DNA of 64,000 bases from Dicyema japonicum (GCA_011109175.1 RDEW01000003.1:558001-622000), one strand, 5' to 3'. Shown: positions 37,748-50,169, counted from the first letter of the stretch. Numbers and translations: made by a program. The notes: generated from the letters alone by a model not told the origin.

Positions 37748-39214
37748 TAGGGGGTGATAAAGTTAATAAAGTTAAAATTTTAATATTTTCTATTAAAATT
37801 TAAACAAATTCTGTTTTTTTCATTATTTTTAAACGTTCTCCCTTTATATTTTAGAAAATTATAAAGTTAAAAAGTTAAAAAAAATAAATCGTAAGGTTAA
37901 ATTTTTTTAACTTTATTTTTTAATTATTTCAACAAATTATTATTTTACTATTAATTAAATATTAAACAGCATGTAGTTTACACGTTTTTTTATGCCAAGT
38001 ATTTCTAAGTCTTTTCTGACTATAGCAACATTAATTGTTAACGAATTTCCAAGAGAATTTTAATTACATAATTACCATGAGTTATTTTGTAAACTATGCT
38101 TAACGACAGTGAATGCTCAAAAAAACACTTTGTTAACCTTTACAGGTCGTCAAGAAACATAAAATTTCCGTTGGTAAGGATTTTTCGATGATATTGATAG
38201 ATCGTTTGACAGGATTTAGCCAACAAAAATTAAATTAATCTGAATTTAGAGACTGGGATTTGAAGGTGACTAAGACTCTTCTGAAATGTGACATTCCGCT
38301 TAACAAATTATCAATGCCTTTGTTCATTGATCTTTTCAGATGGAACCAAATTTCCCTTCCTTTGCAATCACAAGCAAGGAACTGTGTCAAATATAATACA
38401 AATGAATACATAGCTTCGTTCAGGGGCATATTCAAGTATTTCATCAAATTTTATTTTCTAGAGAAAAAAATATTTTTGCGATAACCGATGAAACTCAAAT
38501 CAGAAACAAACCGCAGTTTTGATGGGATCAATCAAACTGCCTAAAATTATTTATTTGGTCTCATTTAAGCCTGCACCTACAAAATTATAGCACAGATTGT
38601 TGATGATTCGATCCAAAATATAATAATTGAACGAGACAATATTATGCTTCTTATTTCTGAGCTGCAAGGTATATGACAGCCGGTATTGTTTTAATTTATC
38701 TATGATTTAGCTGGGAATATTTTTAAAATTTATATCCTAATCATTTTCATATTTTGCATAATTGTTCAATGGTGGTCAAAAAATCTTATCCAGAGGTAGA
38801 TTAAGTGATAGCTAACGTGCAAGCTTCTATTAAGAAGAACCAAAAGCTAAAATTGTTATTTTCCGAAATTTGAATTTTTTCCAAATTCTTATTGACGAGA
38901 TGGGGTACCTGGTTGAAAGCTGCATCTTTTTATTCAAAAAATTTAATCCCAATGATTAACATTTTGAGTTAATTGAAGACGAGGAATTTAAGTAGCTAAC
39001 AAGAAAGCATTAAAAAGTGAAAAAATAGTACAGAGCTTATGCGCAATTTCGCATAACTGATCACATATTCCAGGTTGTTCTTATAAAGTAATTTATCACA
39101 TAGAAAAATATTACAATTTGAAACTAACGAGTGTACAATAGAGTGCGCATATTAGACACTTGGTGCAATAGATTTTGAGTAGGATGAAACTGAGGTTAAA
39201 AAAGGTTTGCCCTA
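37748..39214 (+). mobile_element. hAT element (CGGBP1-like transposase remnant) with perfect 8-bp TSD
   Basis: The ends are TAGGG.../...CCCTA and the TSD GTGATCAC lies at 37740-37747 and 39215-39222. Internal remnants include MPSISKS, LFCKLCLTTV and IERDNIMLLIS. Confidence 0.82.
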
Positions 39215-40142
39215 GTGATCACTGATCAGTTAACCATGCGGTTAATTGGTAGGAGGGTCGTGGTGGTAAATCACTTATACTGCACTTTGCTTCATAATGA
39301 ATAAAAACACTTGTCTTCACTCTCGTGAGCATGTGCGAGGTGAGGACTCAGGAGACATCTGCAGTTCTGAACAAAAAGACTATATGATGTAGGATCATTG
39401 TTCGAATCGATGAGGGCAAATTTTTGATAGCGCCAATACTACAATAGGTCGACCCAGAACTTGTTGAATCCAAGGGTTCTGATCTCATTCGATGATACCC
39501 AGTCGTGGATAATTTTGAAGCTTGTTGGAGTATTTACTGTTTCTGGAAAGATTCATTCCTATAAAATAAAATACAGTTATTTCTTAGTGGAGAGTCATAA
39601 GAAATATGATAGCTGATTAAGTTTTTTACAAGTTTTGACTCCCAATGGAGACGATGAGGCGGGTAACCAACTAATTCGACAAAGAACTTTTAGCGAGTAT
39701 ATAGATAATTAATAAATAAAACATTTCCAACAACCAAACTAAAACCAAACTAGTAAATTCCTATATCCTGATGTGTTACACCAGAACCCTCATAAAAGCA
39801 CAGTGATCTATAGGGACATGTCGGGAAGCTGAGGTCGATTCCAGAACTCGTCATCAGCAACGAAATTGATTCCAGGAAGAAAGAATTGAGATACCTTTGA
39901 ATGCAGACCAGACATTGACGTTTTTGACTAAGGTGGATCCAATGATGCTATAAAGGGAAAAGAAGAAACCAATTATCCACGTGGCGCATGTGGCTTGTGA
40001 TAAAATAGTTTTTAACGACACAATATAATCGAAAACTAATTTTCATGCAAAAATATCTTACAAAATAGTAAAAACAAATAAATTAATTAATGTTTAATTT
40101 GGCAAACCAAGTTTTATAATAAATAATTAATAAAAGTAGGTA

Positions 40143-41150
40143 ATGATGATATACTTTCTACTGTTCTTAATTAACCTCACATATCAAAAACTCGTACATC
40201 TAAATAATGAAAACTTTGATAAAGAAGTGAATAAAGTCGAATGGTTTGTCGTGCTATTCAGTATATGATTATAATGATTGTAGAAAATACTATTCCTTCA
40301 ATCGATCAGTTAAATGGATATTATCGACTACAGAAACTTTCTACTTTACATGTGAATAATATATCCTTTGGAGTCGTAAATGCGAATTATAATAAAAAAT
40401 TGCTTAGTCGTTTAGGAATCACTTCTCCAGGGACGATAGCCTTATTTAATAAAGGAAAAAAGAAGATTATTATGGTGGACTTACATGTTAATATTAGGGT
40501 TACGAGATTTTAAAAACATGAATACTTATGTTGAAGATACAACAGGCCAAGTTTGGTTGAATAAATTCAACTATGATCACATACTTAATGAAGATTTGAT
40601 TATTATTGTGATGATTGATCGAAATAGTTCAAAAGTTTATGAATTAGCTGAACGAATTAAAATTGCTACGGCAAAACATGATGTTTATTTGAAATTTTAA
40701 TTTAGATTCAAGTATGCTTTTTAGATGTTAATCTTAAAAACTATCTTACAATTCCTGATTTTTTCAATATAAACTGGATTCCCGGCAATTGTTGGAATTG
40801 ATAGATATTCCAATGAAGAATTTTATGGATACATTATTGGCAATGAATCTATACAAACTGATTTAGTTACTTTCGTAGATATTTTGGATAACGAAGATGA
40901 AGTAGATGTCAACTATAATAAAAATTTTAAGAAGATATGCAATACGAAAGAATTCATTCATGCAGTAGACTGTATTTGTATGATTATTTGTTTTAATACT
41001 AGATTTGAAGTCTTTGGCAAATTTATAACCTTTTTAATCGGAATTTTCTTTGTAAGAATATTTGATTTTAAGATAGCACTCACGGGAATTTCAGAGAGTA
41101 TTCGCGATGTCAAATTATTTATGGAAAAAGTCATCAATAGTTTCTCTTAG
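40143..41150 (+). CDS. Signal-peptide, thioredoxin-fold, C-terminal TM protein (PDI/TMX-like) lacking CxxC; introns 40261-40283, 40475-40497, 40683-40705
   Basis: A hydrophobic leader is followed by LVHLNNENFDKEVNKVEWFVVLF...FGVVNANYNKKLLSRLGITSPGTIALFNKGK...YYGLRDF, which fits the TRX-fold pattern. Three 23-nt GT-AG introns are present, plus a hydrophobic segment near the C-terminus. Two indels (~40461, ~40783) are assumed. Confidence 0.68.
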
Positions 41151-41819
41151 ATTCGTGTTGGGTTACTGGGTTTTTGTTGTTGTTAAAGTAGAATTTTAAT
41201 TTCTTGGTGAAAATGTGTAGATTTAATAATTTTCGATCATGTTTGGTCATTGTGCTTTTGTTTAGCTGACTGATTTTAGTTTGATGTATTCATAAGCAAG
41301 GACTGTAGGAGTTGCAGCGCTAATGCAGATAGTTTAGGGAATTTTCACGACATAAATTAAGTCAGCTCTACCTCGACAGCTAGTAATCTTTCACATACTC
41401 ATATTATCTTCGGCAGATCTCACATTTATCTGTTCGACCAGAGATGTGCAGTGTCGATTAATCCTCCATGGCCAAATTTTCAGGGTTCCCCTGGTCCAGA
41501 TGTGGTATATTCCCACACAGCCTCCATGTTGCCTTCAGGATTTCGAACGAAATAGTTGCTTCGTCGTTCTCTTATAAAGAATGTCAGACGGCAGTTTCCA
41601 CAGTTGTCTTCAATTGTCTTGAACAGGTTCCCTCTGATTCTCCCATCCGTGTAATATCCCTTAAAAGTGGCTTAGTCAGCCTGACTGTGGAGCTTAAGCT
41701 CCATGACTTGTAACAATTTTAATAGATTGATCGAGTCGAAAGCATACGAGTCTAATCCCAGGAATCGAGAGCCATTGTTCTAGATTGTCAAGCATTTTTC
41801 GAGCGGACCCAATTCTTTT

Positions 41820-42543
41820 AGTTTCACAAACTCCGCTTAGTTGAATCAGAAATTTTTAAAAATTTCATCATTAACAGCACCATCAACAACATAGTGATAG
41901 ACCATACCATGTGCAGTCATTGCGGCCATTACTGAAATTTTCCTACTACGTACCTGTGGCACACTAATACGAGTATGAATACCTTGTTCAGATATCCCAA
42001 AGCGGACTTGCTGGGAGACATTGCAACCTACTTCGTCCATAAAAACTATTCGACTATCCCCAACGTCAAATAAAATGTCCCATATTCTAATCGTGTCTCA
42101 ATGGTGCATCACAGTTTCTTCACTCAGGAACAATTTTGAGAGTTTTCACTATGAAATTCATCTAGACAACGGTTGATGGTGCTTGTACTCACAAATATCT
42201 TCATCTCTTCGCACAGTTTTATTTTCAACGCCCCCAATGTCATTGTTCCATTTTCAACCTACTGCCGTATTACATTTTCCTGATCAGCAATCAAGATTGT
42301 CCCACCACGTTACCACATTTGGTCTTTCCATCCTTCAGATATCAGAAGCAATTGTACATACAGTTGTACGAGAAAGACCCATAACTCGGTAGATCTCAGT
42401 ATTGTATAGATTATTATATTGATCGAAATGTCTAACTCTCGAAAAAATTAAAAAATTATTCAATTAATTCATGTCTGGAAATATGTAATCTATATTTTCG
42501 GCAGGTTCTACAATAAATTGGATAATTTTGCTTTACTACACTG
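41820..42543 (-). mobile_element. IS630/Tc1-like (DDE_3) transposon fragment
   Basis: MDEVGCNVS...G.S..G......VPQVRSRKISVMAAMT..G is the first-Asp region. A probable terminus TA-CAGTG lies at 42543-42545, and the other end was not found. Confidence 0.65.
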
Positions 42544-42569
42544 TATTTCGCACTAACCATCATATATTG

Positions 42570-43278
42570 AAGTGGTCGGCAATCTTTTTAACTAAAGAGC
42601 TTTTTGGTTTTTTGCAATTAAAAATTTGAAGAGCCACTTTTTAAAATATTGAAGCATAACAAAATTATATTTAATCTAGTCTAATTAATGAGATAATTGA
42701 CCCTGCATTTCCTTCCCAAGTAGTCTTCTAAGTCGTCATTTTAACTTAAGACAAGATTCCAAATTTGTATCAGTAATTAGACTCCGCACATTGCTGGACA
42801 TCGATATTAGTAGCCTTGGCAGACTGCTTGCAATAATTAAATGTTGAACCTTTAATTTTAATATTCTTTGGAGTTCTTCAGTGAATCGCCAATTGGATAA
42901 TTTCTTTAAAAAAATCACCATATTTTGTAATAAATTGTCTCTTCAGATTTGAATTTTTGTTCTGGTTGAATGTTTCATGTTAAAGGAAAATTATTTATAG
43001 ACATAATTGAAAATCCACAAGAGAATTTATGACTAAGCGAGTAAGAATTTTAAAATTAAAATATGAAAAAATATGTAATAATTTAAATAAAAATAAAAAT
43101 TTAATAAAAAATAGCATCTAGGTATTAAACATGTAGTCTAAAATATACATAAACGTAGTTAAAAAAACATTTTGGAGGAAGAACATATGTTTTTATTGGA
43201 GATTCATTTGCCATATTGAAAGAGCCACATAAAACTCCGAGCCACAATGGCTGTAAGAGCTATTGTTGGCGACTCCTG
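42570..43278 (-). mobile_element. Short hAT (GTF2IRD2-like) deletion derivative
   Basis: Imperfect TIRs AGTGGTCGGCAA and GTTGGCGACTCCTG. ORF 42736-42921 ends RSLITDTNLESCLKL, resembling the hAT C-terminus. Confidence 0.5.
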
Positions 43279-43349
43279 ATATTATGGATACCTTCGTATA
43301 TTGGAATCATTATCCATTCTTGATTAATTTATTATTTACTTCAATACAA

Positions 43350-44100
43350 CGTAATTTCCGATTTGATCTCGTTTTCGTCATATTTACTTGTTCGCAGGTT
43401 TACCATTTTTTCATCATCAATTATTAGATTTTCATAAGCTTCATCACGTGTATTGAATAATTTGTCTTCATATAACAAAAGTGCGTCATTCTTTATCTGA
43501 AAGTGCGTGCGGATATATTGCCTCATAAAAAGATAATATGTATTATTTTAAATCGTCTGGTGGATGGTAATATTTTAATCAAAAACGATGTTTTTTATGA
43601 AAGACTTAAAAGAACCAAAAATTCCGTAGATCAACTGAATGAAGAAATCAGTCGTTTTCTACATTGGTTGAATCTTCAATTTGAAGAGCAAATATTACCC
43701 TTCGACTTGACCTTGTACCCATGGAACCCTGCTTAATAGAGAACTTTTAACACAATTTTTCCATGTGAGCATTCCGTTATCGATTTGAAGAATCAAATGT
43801 GGGCCGACAACATAAATCAGGTTTGATAACAATTCTTTTATTTCCAAACATGTTTTACTTCTTGAGAGTTCGATCATTCCATAGTTTGGGAAGGAAACGA
43901 TCACAACCAGTATCTTTTTAATAAGGAAACAATTTTGATACCCAAAAAAGTCGTTTATAGATGAGTTTCTCCTAAGATCTATGAGATCTGCAATATAGCG
44001 CTCTCTTAGACCAATCGCGATTATTGGAGTCATCGGTTGTTTGGTTGACAACAAAAAACACACTTTCTTATTATCCCAGGGATTTCAGACTTCGCTACAC
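43350..44100 (-). mobile_element. Decayed stand-alone rve integrase (Ginger/KRBA2-like)
   Basis: PIIAIGLRERYIADLIDL...GPHLILQIDNG...SRVPWVQGQVEG. Confidence 0.68.
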
Positions 44101-44523
44101 ATTTTAGTTTAGTTTTCAATTTTAATAAAAAACGATCTCTACCAAAGTGATTTTAATTGTGCTCAGCCTACAATTAATCTAAACGATTTAATTACCTAAT
44201 GTTTATCTTCAGCACAAAAGAATCGTAACTTGTAGTCCCCTCTCCGATAAGTTCATTCTTCTTCAAAAATTAATTTTTTAGCTATTTCAATAAACGATCT
44301 CTTTCTCGTCTTGATGTGTTTAACTCATGCTTCATTTCTTTAATTTTTGCATTTTCAAGGTTTCTCTTAACATTTGTACAAAACGCATTTCAGCACGCTA
44401 ATTTAATTAATATATTTTATATACATTTTTTTATAAATTAATAATATTTGTAAATTCCAGTGGATTTTTAAATATTCTTAATAATTATAAATTAGATCTG
44501 TTAAAATTTAATTTGATCTGTTA

Positions 44524-44700
44524 GCCGCGCGGCATAGTGGTTATGTGTCGGGCAAAGTGGTTGGACAGCGGAACTTGATAGTCTAAAAGGACATACACTC
44601 AAGAAAAAGAAAAAACAAGGAAAGTGAAAAGAATTCCTTATCCTACCTCGATTATAACTGTTCTTTGCTAAAAATAAAGTGTGTTCTGCCTGTGGGGAAC
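44524..44700 (+). mobile_element. Internally deleted copy of the tRNA-derived SINE
   Basis: The head GGCATAGTGGTTATGTGTCGGGCAAAGTG is joined to GCGGAACTTGATAGTC...AACTGTTCTTTGCTAAAAATAAAGTGTG. Confidence 0.75.
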
Positions 44701-45183
44701 GATAACTGATTTGGCTGCTTGGAAAGTGCGAACAATTTTATTATTTTTGTAATTATTATCTGTTAAAAGAGACGATTTATCAGAATGTGACACAATATTC
44801 TTGTAGGCTTTGACAATCACTTAATGAATTTGAGAATAAACTATCTCTGAAATATGATATCTCTGGTTTATGAGGATCCTCTACAACTTCTTGATCCGAT
44901 TGATAATATTAGAATTTGGTTTTGATTTCACAATATTCGCTTTGCCACTGAGTTCATGACTTCTTTGAGATCGAAAACGGAGAATCAGACAAGAGGTAAT
45001 ATGGAATTTATAATCGAAGGTTATTGTTATTAAAGGTACCAACTCAATGTATTCTTACGAAACTTTCTACGCCCACTCAACGTGTCCTCTTTTTTTAGTT
45101 TGTCGATGATCGTATCGAGAGATGTGCTGGAGTTGTTTGCAATTAACTCCAAAGATGTTCAAGTTTGATTTTAGAAACAACTA

Positions 45184-46864
45184 CAGTACGACCCTGCCCC
45201 AATAGAGAAGTGCCCCAAATATAGAGGGTATATATAATTCGTATTTTTAATAACAAAATATGTTGTTTTGATAAAAAAAGGATTTAATTTATTTTATGTG
45301 AAATAATCAGTTATTTTGAACCCAGTATTATACTTATTTCTTAAAATCTTTGAAATTTTTATTCTGAATTCATAGTATTTTTTGAGACCTTCAGGGCAAG
45401 TATTGAATAAAGAATTTCGAGATTATTCATTATTCTTATGAATCTTTTAAACATAACCTTCAATCTCATCATTTCCATTATACAAAGTCACATTATATTC
45501 AATTCCGTTTATTTCAAGATCCATTAACCCTGAAACATGTTTATCAATTAATTCAGATGCTTTTTTGAATTAATTTCGCGTACACATGTTCTCTGTCGTT
45601 TATTTTCTTCTAACAATTGACATCGTTGGGTGGCGTAGTGGTTAGGTGTCGGGCTAAAGTGACTTATGTTACGGGTTCGATTCTCGCTGCTGTTCACCTT
45701 CAATAGGGTCGAATAGTATTCCTTAACATCGTCAAGACATATCATTTCATAAAGAACGTTGTTATAATATGTCTTGAGAGAGTATATGATCCCCATATCA
45801 AAAGGTTGAGAAAGTGCTGTTGTATTTTTAGAAAATTTAAGAATTGATAAGTTTGAATATTCTTGAAATTTTTGGCATTATCCATAAGAATCAAATTTTT
45901 TCTGTTAATTGACCATTTCAAAGTTTTTTTTTGTAACCATTTATCAAAAATATCAATCGCCATCCAAGCATGGCGATTTAAATTTCCCGATAACAAGGGG
46001 CTTTAATTTTTCACCTTCAAGACTGCAGCATATAAGAACTGAAACTCGTTCTTTGCTTTTCGTTTTACCAAAACAATGAAGAGACAAATGATTTACATGA
46101 ATTTTTTTAACAAAAAGAAAAGTTTCGTCGCAGTTAAAATATCCTTTTTTCTCGTATTTATCAAATAAATTGTCGTAATCGTTAAATAATCTTCGATTTT
46201 ATTTCTGTCACATGAGTTCTTTTCACCCGAAATTACTTTGAACAGTAATTCATGGCGCTTTTTAAATCGATCCAACCATCCATTTGATGCTTTGAAATCA
46301 TTGACGTCAAGATTAGCTGCAATTTTTTGCAATAGTTTTGAAGAGAAATCCTGAAACTGAAATACCATCCTCCCTCAAGACTTCGAATACTAATCGATCA
46401 ATTCGAATAGAAAGATCTGATTCAAACTTCTTAGATAGATCAGTTCATCAATGAGTTCATCAAGAATATTTGTGTTTTTGATACCCCTTTTCCGATTTCT
46501 TTTTTAATTCGTGAGACAGTTCCTTTTCCAATATTGTATAATTGACAAATTTTTCTTTTTGACATATTTTCTTTCATTAAAGAATCGGAAATCTTCTGTT
46601 TCAGGTGGCAACTAAGCTTCGCAGGCATGCTTAAAAATATTTTTGATTTAAAAAAAAAAAAATATATATATAAAATTGAAATAATAAATTTTAATATTAT
46701 CGATTGAAAAAGTGCCCCGATAAGCGGGGTTTTGTATTTTAAATTTAGGCTTTCTATTGGTCAAAAAATGTAAAAAATGTAAAAATCATTCAAAATAATA
46801 TTTATTAAAAAAATCGCCCCCAAAACAGAGAAGGCCGGGGTCTTATTGGGGCGGGGTCGTACTG
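45184..46864 (-). mobile_element. pogo/Tigger-like DNA transposon, both TIRs, TA TSD
   Basis: TIRs CAGTACGACCCTGCCCCAATA and reverse-complement CAGTACGACCCCGCCCCAATA are each flanked by TA. Coding remnants include HTH, CENP-B (FKASNGWLDRFKKRH) and DDE (LILMDNA, QPFDMGII.SLKTYY). Confidence 0.92.
45629..45693 (+). mobile_element. SINE tRNA head inserted in the pogo transposase
   Basis: GGTGGCGTAGTGGTTAGGTGTCGGGCTAAAGTGACTTATGTTACGGGTTCGATTCTCGCTGCTG is nearly identical to the 5' end of the 31.2-kb SINE. Confidence 0.82.
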
Positions 46865-46959
46865 TATGCATACAACCACAAGAAATTTTTAGATAAAACC
46901 AAGGTAAATAAATCTCACAATGGGAAACGATTTATTAACAAAAAAGGGATTTAGATAAT

Positions 46960-47290
46960 TAATTTTTTCCAACAGGATTGCGTGTGCGTTTCCATTAATA
47001 CGGAAATCCCGATTCGTTATCTTAGCCGCAACGATTTGCGGGTTATTTTTCGGCTCACTAGTTTGCTTCCGATTTCTTTAGAAAGTTTGCAGTGTGGATC
47101 CTACGGCTCTCGGTGTTTCTATGGTCACTGGTATGAATCGGTATCGGTTTATAATGGCCGAGTACTTCTGGATTTTGGCCAATTCTGCTGCGTTGGCCGC
47201 AGATCCAGGTTTCTGACCAGATCTCAGAAGGAGCGAAGTGGAGAAGTTTACACCCCAGACCAATAATTTTTCAGTGATAAGAGATATCTG
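46960..47290 (-). mobile_element. CRE-like RLE retrotransposon 3' fragment
   Basis: PGSAANAAELAKIQKYSAIINRYRFIPVTIET. Confidence 0.75.
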
Positions 47291-47294
47291 AAGC

Positions 47295-47567
47295 ATGGGT
47301 TATCTGAAGCAGTTGGGAGTATATAAGAAGTTCCATGCCTATCTAAAGTCCACTGTATTAGAGCGGACCCTAGAGAGCTGACACTAGAGTTTAGGAGGCA
47401 GAGCCCGGAGATGCCATATGGGCAGAGGGTTCAATTGGACAAGGCGCTCTCGGAGTTGTTTTAGCAACCAGAATCGAACCTGCCTGAGGAGGCTGGCGAA
47501 CAGGCAGGCGAGGAAAGTTGTTGATTATTAAATATTAATTTTTTACTGTTTATTAAATAAAGTGGGG
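47295..47567 (+). mobile_element. 3' end of R2-like RLE retrotransposon (family B)
   Basis: It is almost identical to 56320-56560. Confidence 0.88.
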
Positions 47568-48198
47568 ATTTTAATTTAGAACTAATTTTTCCCTTGATGG
47601 AAAATTATTATAAATGTGGCCTTCCAAATGAGTTTCACACCCCTGTTCTAATCAGAGGCATCTACTGATATTCGAAATCCTGATTCCCTCCAATGCAAAC
47701 AATCTGCGTCAAATACTGTGTGCAAGGAAAGTTTAGTAAGGTTAAGTAGGATTTCCTGGACGAGATGAGTTCAGCTCGAAAGCGACGATGTATGCCGTAT
47801 GGGCGATCATAAAGCCGATCTTAATTTCTGAGCTCGATTATCTTTCCTATCAATCCATTTATGTTGAGTTGAATGATGGAAAGAGCTCGGATTAGGTTTG
47901 ATGTCTCCAGAGATGATTAAGAACGTTCTTAACAGGCCAGATGAGTATTACAGAGAGTCGTGCCATGAAAGACATTCCTCTTGGTTTGGGGTGAGCAAAT
48001 GATCCTTTCTACTGTGTGACAATTCCACAGTTATGGCCACGGAAAACGGCAAAAACACGCGCTAAAATCATTAAAGGTACCAAATCGAGGTATTCTTACT
48101 AAACTTCCGACTTTCACTAAACGTGTGTCTTTTTTTTAATTTTTATAATTAAAATTAATATTTTATTTTTAAAATTTCCAATTAGTCTCGTTGTGTGA

Positions 48199-48460
48199 AT
48201 GCCAGTTTACAGGCAACCTGTAGGTCAATCTGGGCCAAGTTGTTTCGATAAAATGAAGTATGGGTTTGGAGTCGGTTGCTTAGTTGGGTGCGGTTCGGGA
48301 ATATTATTTGGCTCCTTTTCTGCATTCAGGTTATCTTCTACCTAATATTAGACTCGGGTTGCGTGGAAGGGAGTTAATCGGAATGATAGGGAAGTCTATT
48401 TTTCAGGCAGGGGGAACATTCGGACTCTTTATGGCGATTGGTACCGGGATTCGGTGTTGA
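48199..48460 (+). CDS. ROMO1: ROMO1/Mgr2, 79 aa; intron 48330-48351 (22 nt)
   Basis: The spliced [47 protein letters not shown]|[35 protein letters not shown] is intact (131+109 nt) and has ROMO1 length and motifs. Confidence 0.96.
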
Positions 48461-48499
48461 CTGTTAGATTTACTGTTTTCTCTCGTTATTTAACGATAA

Positions 48500-49300
48500 T
48501 AAAATTGTTTACAACCTTGAAGTAACAGTTCTTCCATCTTTCTTAAAGATAATCCGTAATCTCCTAATAATTTGACCAAGGCGAGATTCCAACTTAGAAC
48601 CTTCCATCTTACGACGACTATTTAAAAACAATACAATTGAGGTTTGCAAGCGAATTATGACATAGGTCAAAATGAGATAGGTGCAACTCGAAATGAGAGT
48701 TAAAGGAGATATTCGTAGTCGTAATGAGTGCATAGATTTACGAGAGGTGTATTCCAATCAAAATGAGATACAGAGGTTGAAATGAGGATGACACGTAAAC
48801 ATATTGGAATGGGGTATACAAATTGATGTGAGGCAATGAGAAAATATTGGATATAAAATAATCATCTCAGTCTTGAAGACAGACGAATATCCTAACGCAG
48901 CCAAAATCTCAGACAACCTTCTGATTAAAAACTCTAAAGATACATCGCAACGCACACAAGTACGAGCGGAAACCTTGTCCAATGAGGTCGGATACATCGT
49001 CGCTGGACTCGACAACTTTTTTGCCGGTCTTGGATTTCTTAGTTAGTAAGAAACTTTCTTTTTTTCCTTTAACTCAGTGATCCTGGAGTACTAAAATAAA
49101 TGAATCTTCGTCTTAATAAAGAGGATTCTGTTCGTAATGTAAATTTGAGAATAAATAATCTTTCAGGTCCACATTATTCCTTATGTAAACACGATGATTT
49201 GTCACCTGAGTAAAAGAATGTTGATAAAAACGAGGAAATTGGTTATGAATATTGCTCTCAGATGAGGTCCGACACGAAATTAAATGAGGGCATGGAGATA
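48500..49300 (-). mobile_element. Possible decayed Penelope-like element (GIY-YIG region) with inverted terminal segment
   Basis: The minus strand reads RRLSEILAALGYSSVFKT...SNMFTC...(frameshift)IG-YTSR, resembling the Penelope linker and YIG motif. A hammerhead-like motif lies on the plus strand at 49253-49292. Confidence 0.35.
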
Positions 49301-50169
49301 TTATTAAGACAGTAAAGATGAAGTGTATAAGAGAATAGCAGGTTTGCGTATGAAAAGCTGTGATCTTCCTTTCCTAATTTGCTGGTTAAAGAAAGATCCA
49401 ATGAGGAGCCTAGTCCTTTGAGTTAAGACTCATGTTATGTCAACTCTCGTAGTTAACTTAAATTTCCATAATAAAAATTAAATAATTTGAGTTATTAACA
49501 TATGAACTCTAATAATAATAATAACACCAGTAACCACGGTTACACAAACTAACTAATCACGTGATTTCAGCACACTAGCAAGACCTCAACTTTACCCGAT
49601 GCTAATCCCTCGACCCCACACAAACACGTATCGGTCGGGTGACTGGATTTTCGCAGTTACGACGGCCAGTTCCATTGTTTATGCGTTTCAAGCCTTCAAG
49701 AGGCATTGGTGGCTGGAACTCTCAAGAATTCCTGCTTTCCATGATTTTGGAGCGTCTTTTCTGGCTAGCCGCAATTTTCAAGACATTTGTCCAAGAGATG
49801 TATGGGTTCCATATACCACATGCTTAAGAAATGCATGATGTGTTGTTTGTATATGGTGCTAAAAACAGTATGATTTCCGTTTTCCAAAAGCCTGTGAGGC
49901 ATTTTAGAATCAGCTTATTCCATGATTCAATGATGATTATATAGGAACTCATTCTAGGTGGTTACTATGATGACTTGCATAGTCGACCTTATTTTCTGTA
50001 TTAAATAATTATCAATTTAGATTATAGATTAATGTCGATGTGCTATTAATTGGCTTCAGAGTAACTACATCCCTTTATCCGTCCACCGACATTAGATCTT
50101 GTTTACTTTAGATATCTCCCTCGGATAAGACATCTTCGTTGACTAATATTGGATCTTATCTATCTTTTT

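Noticed and set aside
47880-47930. 2A-like peptide (minus-strand LIISGDIKPNPSS)
   Set aside because: It misses three invariant positions of D(V/I)ExNPGP and is not linked to a recognisable ORF.
49640-49690. Viral RdRp motif A-like DFRSYDGQFH
   Set aside because: The frame closes shortly after, with no motif B or GDD, so there is no support for an endogenous virus.
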